A DNA stretch of 64,000 nucleotides from an uncultured Nitrospiraceae bacterium (GTDB lineage: Bacteria > Nitrospirota > Thermodesulfovibrionia > Thermodesulfovibrionales > SM23-35), in assembly GCA_963727775.1 (NCBI GenBank), contig CAVSHB010000002.1, positions 736,001 to 800,000 of the forward strand. Direction: 5' to 3'. The position numbers were made by a program, and so were the translations under genes. The notes below the pieces were generated by a model that was not told the origin of the DNA, searched no databases, and saw only the letters and a list, made by a program, of their open reading frames with translations. Below, piece after piece: positions 61,204 through 64,000 of this stretch. Every line of letters begins with the position of its first letter. Position 1 is the first letter of the stretch.

Positions 61204-61560
61204 CTACGGACAGGCATATTTCCTGCACCGCAGGGGCCGTTTGTCGTGGATGCCGCACTTAAAGGTCACGCGGTCGAGGTGAGGACAATATCCATCCGCA
61301 TCGCGGGCGATATAAAAAGGGCGTTCGGGATTGTATTTGATAAAGCTTTTTCCGACTTCCTCTTGTGTAAGGGCAAATGCATAGGTGCAGCAGATAGCCC
61401 TGCAAGATTCGGTTCTCGCTCCGCAGTCGACTTCTGCCTCAGGTTCTGTATCGTCCTCCAGCCCGTAGACCTTGCCGGCGATCATAATCATATGTTCGAG
61501 CGCAATCTCCAGAATTTTTGCCCTCTCTGCTTCCGAGATAGGGAGCGATCCGGCGGTCAT
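61204..61560 (-). CDS. YkgJ-family cysteine-cluster protein
   Basis: CRAICC, CPHLD, CGIH and RPLRCRKY motifs. Confidence 0.8.
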   Translation of the reverse strand: MTAGSLPISEAERAKILEIALEHMIMIAGKVYGLEDDTEPEAEVDCGARTESCRAICCTYAFALTQEEVGKSFIKYNPERPFYIARDADGYCPHLDRVTFKCGIHDKRPLRCRKYACP

Positions 61561-61561
61561 A

Positions 61562-62284
61562 TTAAAAGTTTCCGCGCGAGAGTCCCCGGATAATCCGAAC
61601 GGCGTCCTCGATTGTGTTTGCTCCCTGGATATAATCCAAATCATCGGGACTGATGGTGCCCTCGGCAAGCAGCGTGTCCCGCAGGAAACGGCGGAGATGG
61701 TCCCAGAAATCTCTCACCATCCCTACAACCGGGAAGCGTTCGAGCTTTCCGGTCTGGGCGAGTGTGATCACTTCGAAGGCCTCATCCAATGTCCCGAAAC
61801 CGCCCGGCATCACGACGAAGGCCGTGGAGTACTTTACGAGCATTACCTTGCGTATGAAAAAGTGCTCGAATTCGATGAACTTGTCGAGATACGGATTTGG
61901 TTTCTGCTCAAAGGGAAGCTTGATATTGCAGCCGAGACTTAAGCCGCCGCCTTCCTTTGCGCCCCGGTTTGCGGCCTCCATAATCCCGGGTCCGCCGCCG
62001 GTCATGACTGCATAGCCTGCATTGGCGAGTGCGCGTCCAAGCTCACGGGCAAGCTCGTAGTAGCGATGTCTTTCCTGAAAACGCGCCGAGCCGAAAACCG
62101 TGACGCAAGGCCCGTCAAAATCAAAACTCTCGAAGCCGTGCAGGAACTCAAGAAAGAACCTAACTGCGCTCTCGAGGTCTTCGCCCCGTTTCCGGCGGCC
62201 CGAGAGAAAGAGTTTCTCCGCGCCCACGACCTGACCGAGCAGAGAAGAGGACTGTATCATGTCCGACAAGCCTTTGTTATTCAT
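61562..62284 (-). CDS. LOG family nucleotide phosphoribohydrolase
   Basis: VFGSAR, TGGGPGIM and PGGFGTLDE motifs. Confidence 0.9.
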   Translation of the reverse strand: MNNKGLSDMIQSSSLLGQVVGAEKLFLSGRRKRGEDLESAVRFFLEFLHGFESFDFDGPCVTVFGSARFQERHRYYELARELGRALANAGYAVMTGGGPGIMEAANRGAKEGGGLSLGCNIKLPFEQKPNPYLDKFIEFEHFFIRKVMLVKYSTAFVVMPGGFGTLDEAFEVITLAQTGKLERFPVVGMVRDFWDHLRRFLRDTLLAEGTISPDDLDYIQGANTIEDAVRIIRGLSRGNF

Positions 62285-63275
62285 AAAAATACTCCTTTTT
62301 TGTAATATGCTTTTTTAATGAAAGAATCCCTTGATGCTCTGCAGTGGAAGGAGTCGGTTTAAAAGGCCGTTCCTGATCAAAATCAGGCAGGTAATGGGCC
62401 TGACTTTCGAGTTTCTGTATAAATGCGTTTTCCAGGCCAAGCTCAAGCGCATAGTCCGTGATCTCATCATATTCGTCTTCTGTCAGGGTCCGGTTTATCC
62501 CTGGAAAATCACGCGCCTTATATTGAGGTGAATACTGCGACATGATGCTGACGTGAATATCCGGAGACAGGTCCGCCAGAAAGGTGAGGCATTGCCGACT
62601 GTTCTCCAGACAGTCCGGCAATACAAGATGACGGACCAGCACTCCGCGCTCAGCGATGCCATCGTGACCCATTACCAGGTAGCCCACCTGATTCAGCATT
62701 TCCCTGAGGACGCCGGGGACTATATCAGCATAATCGTCTACATTAGAAAATTTTTCCCCGGGTTCATTTTCCAGATATTTGATATCCGGAATATAAATAT
62801 CCACAAGGCCCCTGATCTGCCGGAGCGCATCCACTGAATCATAACCATTGGAGTTATACACAACCGGCACCACAAGCCCCTTTCGCTTTGCCGATTGAAT
62901 GGCAGCTGCCATCTGAAAAATCATATGTGAAGGTGAAACAAAATTGATGTTGTGAGCGCCTTCATCCTGAAGCCGCAGCATCTCAGATGCAAGCTCATCT
63001 GTAGTCAGGGTCCTGGTGCGGCCTTGCTGAAATTCCTGGCTGATCTGATAATTCTGGCAAAACACGCAGCGCAGATTGCATCCGCTAAAAAAAATGGCGC
63101 CTGAACCATTGGTGCCGGAAATAGGGGGTTCTTCACCAAAATGCAGGCCTGCATGGGAAATCTGAATGCCGGAGCCGACCCTGCAAAAACCGGTTTTATC
63201 TTCAAGTCTGTTCACCCCGCATCTGCGCGGGCAACATTCACATTTTTCCAGCTGATTTGTTAATAACTGATTCAT
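62277..63275 (-). CDS. Radical SAM protein, PflX-like (second paralog)
   Basis: HFGEEP, CNLRCVFC and VRHLVLP motifs. Confidence 0.88.
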   Translation of the reverse strand: MNQLLTNQLEKCECCPRRCGVNRLEDKTGFCRVGSGIQISHAGLHFGEEPPISGTNGSGAIFFSGCNLRCVFCQNYQISQEFQQGRTRTLTTDELASEMLRLQDEGAHNINFVSPSHMIFQMAAAIQSAKRKGLVVPVVYNSNGYDSVDALRQIRGLVDIYIPDIKYLENEPGEKFSNVDDYADIVPGVLREMLNQVGYLVMGHDGIAERGVLVRHLVLPDCLENSRQCLTFLADLSPDIHVSIMSQYSPQYKARDFPGINRTLTEDEYDEITDYALELGLENAFIQKLESQAHYLPDFDQERPFKPTPSTAEHQGILSLKKHITKKEYFYE

Positions 63276-63662
63276 TTAGCTGTGTTACCTGCTCAAACAA
63301 CAATTAATACATCTTCTGCAGTATATTTACCAGGAACTACTGTATCCGATATTTTGTTCATAATCCGCTCTTGAATTGATTACCACTTATAATCTATATT
63401 TTTATAAAGTATATCATGGATGCGGCGAATGAAATGCGCATTTTCATGACGAAAGTATACGGCGAGTGGCTCTGTTGTATCTGTAGGAGGTGCAGTTTTA
63501 CAGTTTATTTCCTCAAATCGTCTAAGGGTTCCTCAAAAAAGGAATATAAACAGAGTTGCTTGTTTCTAACATGACGGATTCATTAGAAAGTTTAGTTGGC
63601 ACGGATTTTGTATTCTTTATCAATCAGGTAGTTAATTCCAGTTAGGAAAGGTGGTGAAAAAG

Positions 63663-64000
63663 ATGAAAAGAATTATAGCGCTTATGACAGCAATCCTTTT
63701 CGTGCTTGGCATTTCAGTTGTTTCTTTTGCAGCCGAAGCAGTGAAGCCTGAGACTAAAGCTACGAAGGCAGTTGAAGACAAGGCAGCACCTAAGAAGAAG
63801 GTAGCCGAAGACAAGAAGGCAGCAGAAAAGATGACTGCCGAGGATAAGGCAGCAGAAAAGAAGAAGGCGGCTGAGGAGAAGAAGGCAGCCAAGAAGAAGG
63901 CAGCTGAGGACAAGAAGGCGGCCAAGAAGAAGGCAGCTGAGGACAAGAAGGCGGCCAAGAAGAAGGCAGCTGAGGACAAGAAGGCAGCAGAAGAGAAGCC
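63663..64000 (+). CDS. Exported Lys/Ala/Glu-rich low-complexity protein, 3' partial
   Basis: MKRIIALMTAILFVLGISVVSFA signal followed by KKKAAEDKKAA repeats. Confidence 0.8.
   Translation, partial: MKRIIALMTAILFVLGISVVSFAAEAVKPETKATKAVEDKAAPKKKVAEDKKAAEKMTAEDKAAEKKKAAEEKKAAKKKAAEDKKAAKKKAAEDKKAAKKKAAEDKKAAEEK
63858..63989 (+). repeat. 33-bp coding tandem repeat, about 4 units
   Basis: AAGAAGAAGGCAGCTGAGGACAAGAAGGCGGCC. Confidence 0.9.

Noticed and set aside
63632..63979. Minus-strand ORF of SSAAFFLAAF repeats
   Set aside because: Antisense shadow of the plus-strand Lys/Ala repeat gene, which has a signal peptide.

Overview
Bacterial window with an anaerobe-type gene set; a Nitrospirota or Desulfobacterota origin is my inference, not established. 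Housekeeping genes include pyrD/pyrK, greA, proS, ilvD, hemB, a frameshifted hemY/hemG, mgsA, glyS, tsaB, dusB, rimI and a TamB-Omp85-SurA-like block. It also carries an oxidoreductase cluster, a group 3b [NiFe] hydrogenase operon, two GGDEF-EAL genes and a GT-C/GT2/deacetylase trio. Three accessory pockets hold toxin-antitoxin genes and gene debris (16.3-17.6, 40.5-41.8 and 54.2-57.8 kb); two of them contain integron attC-like sites. The strongest unexplained signal is non-coding. Eight intergenic copies of a ~110-bp element keep the same three-way-junction fold and conserved junction bases while their stems change sequence. A second hairpin-rich element is present as two identical 138-bp copies. 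A Y1 HUH (RAYT-type) transposase bracketed by perfect 20-bp inverted repeats truncates both neighbouring genes. Also notable are a RiPP-type B12 radical SAM gene facing a HesB/IscA protein with a Cys/Gly/Ser repeat tail, and two unannotated small Cys/Lys-rich ORFs. No rRNA, tRNA or CRISPR array was seen. All calls are from reading the sequence; no searches were run.
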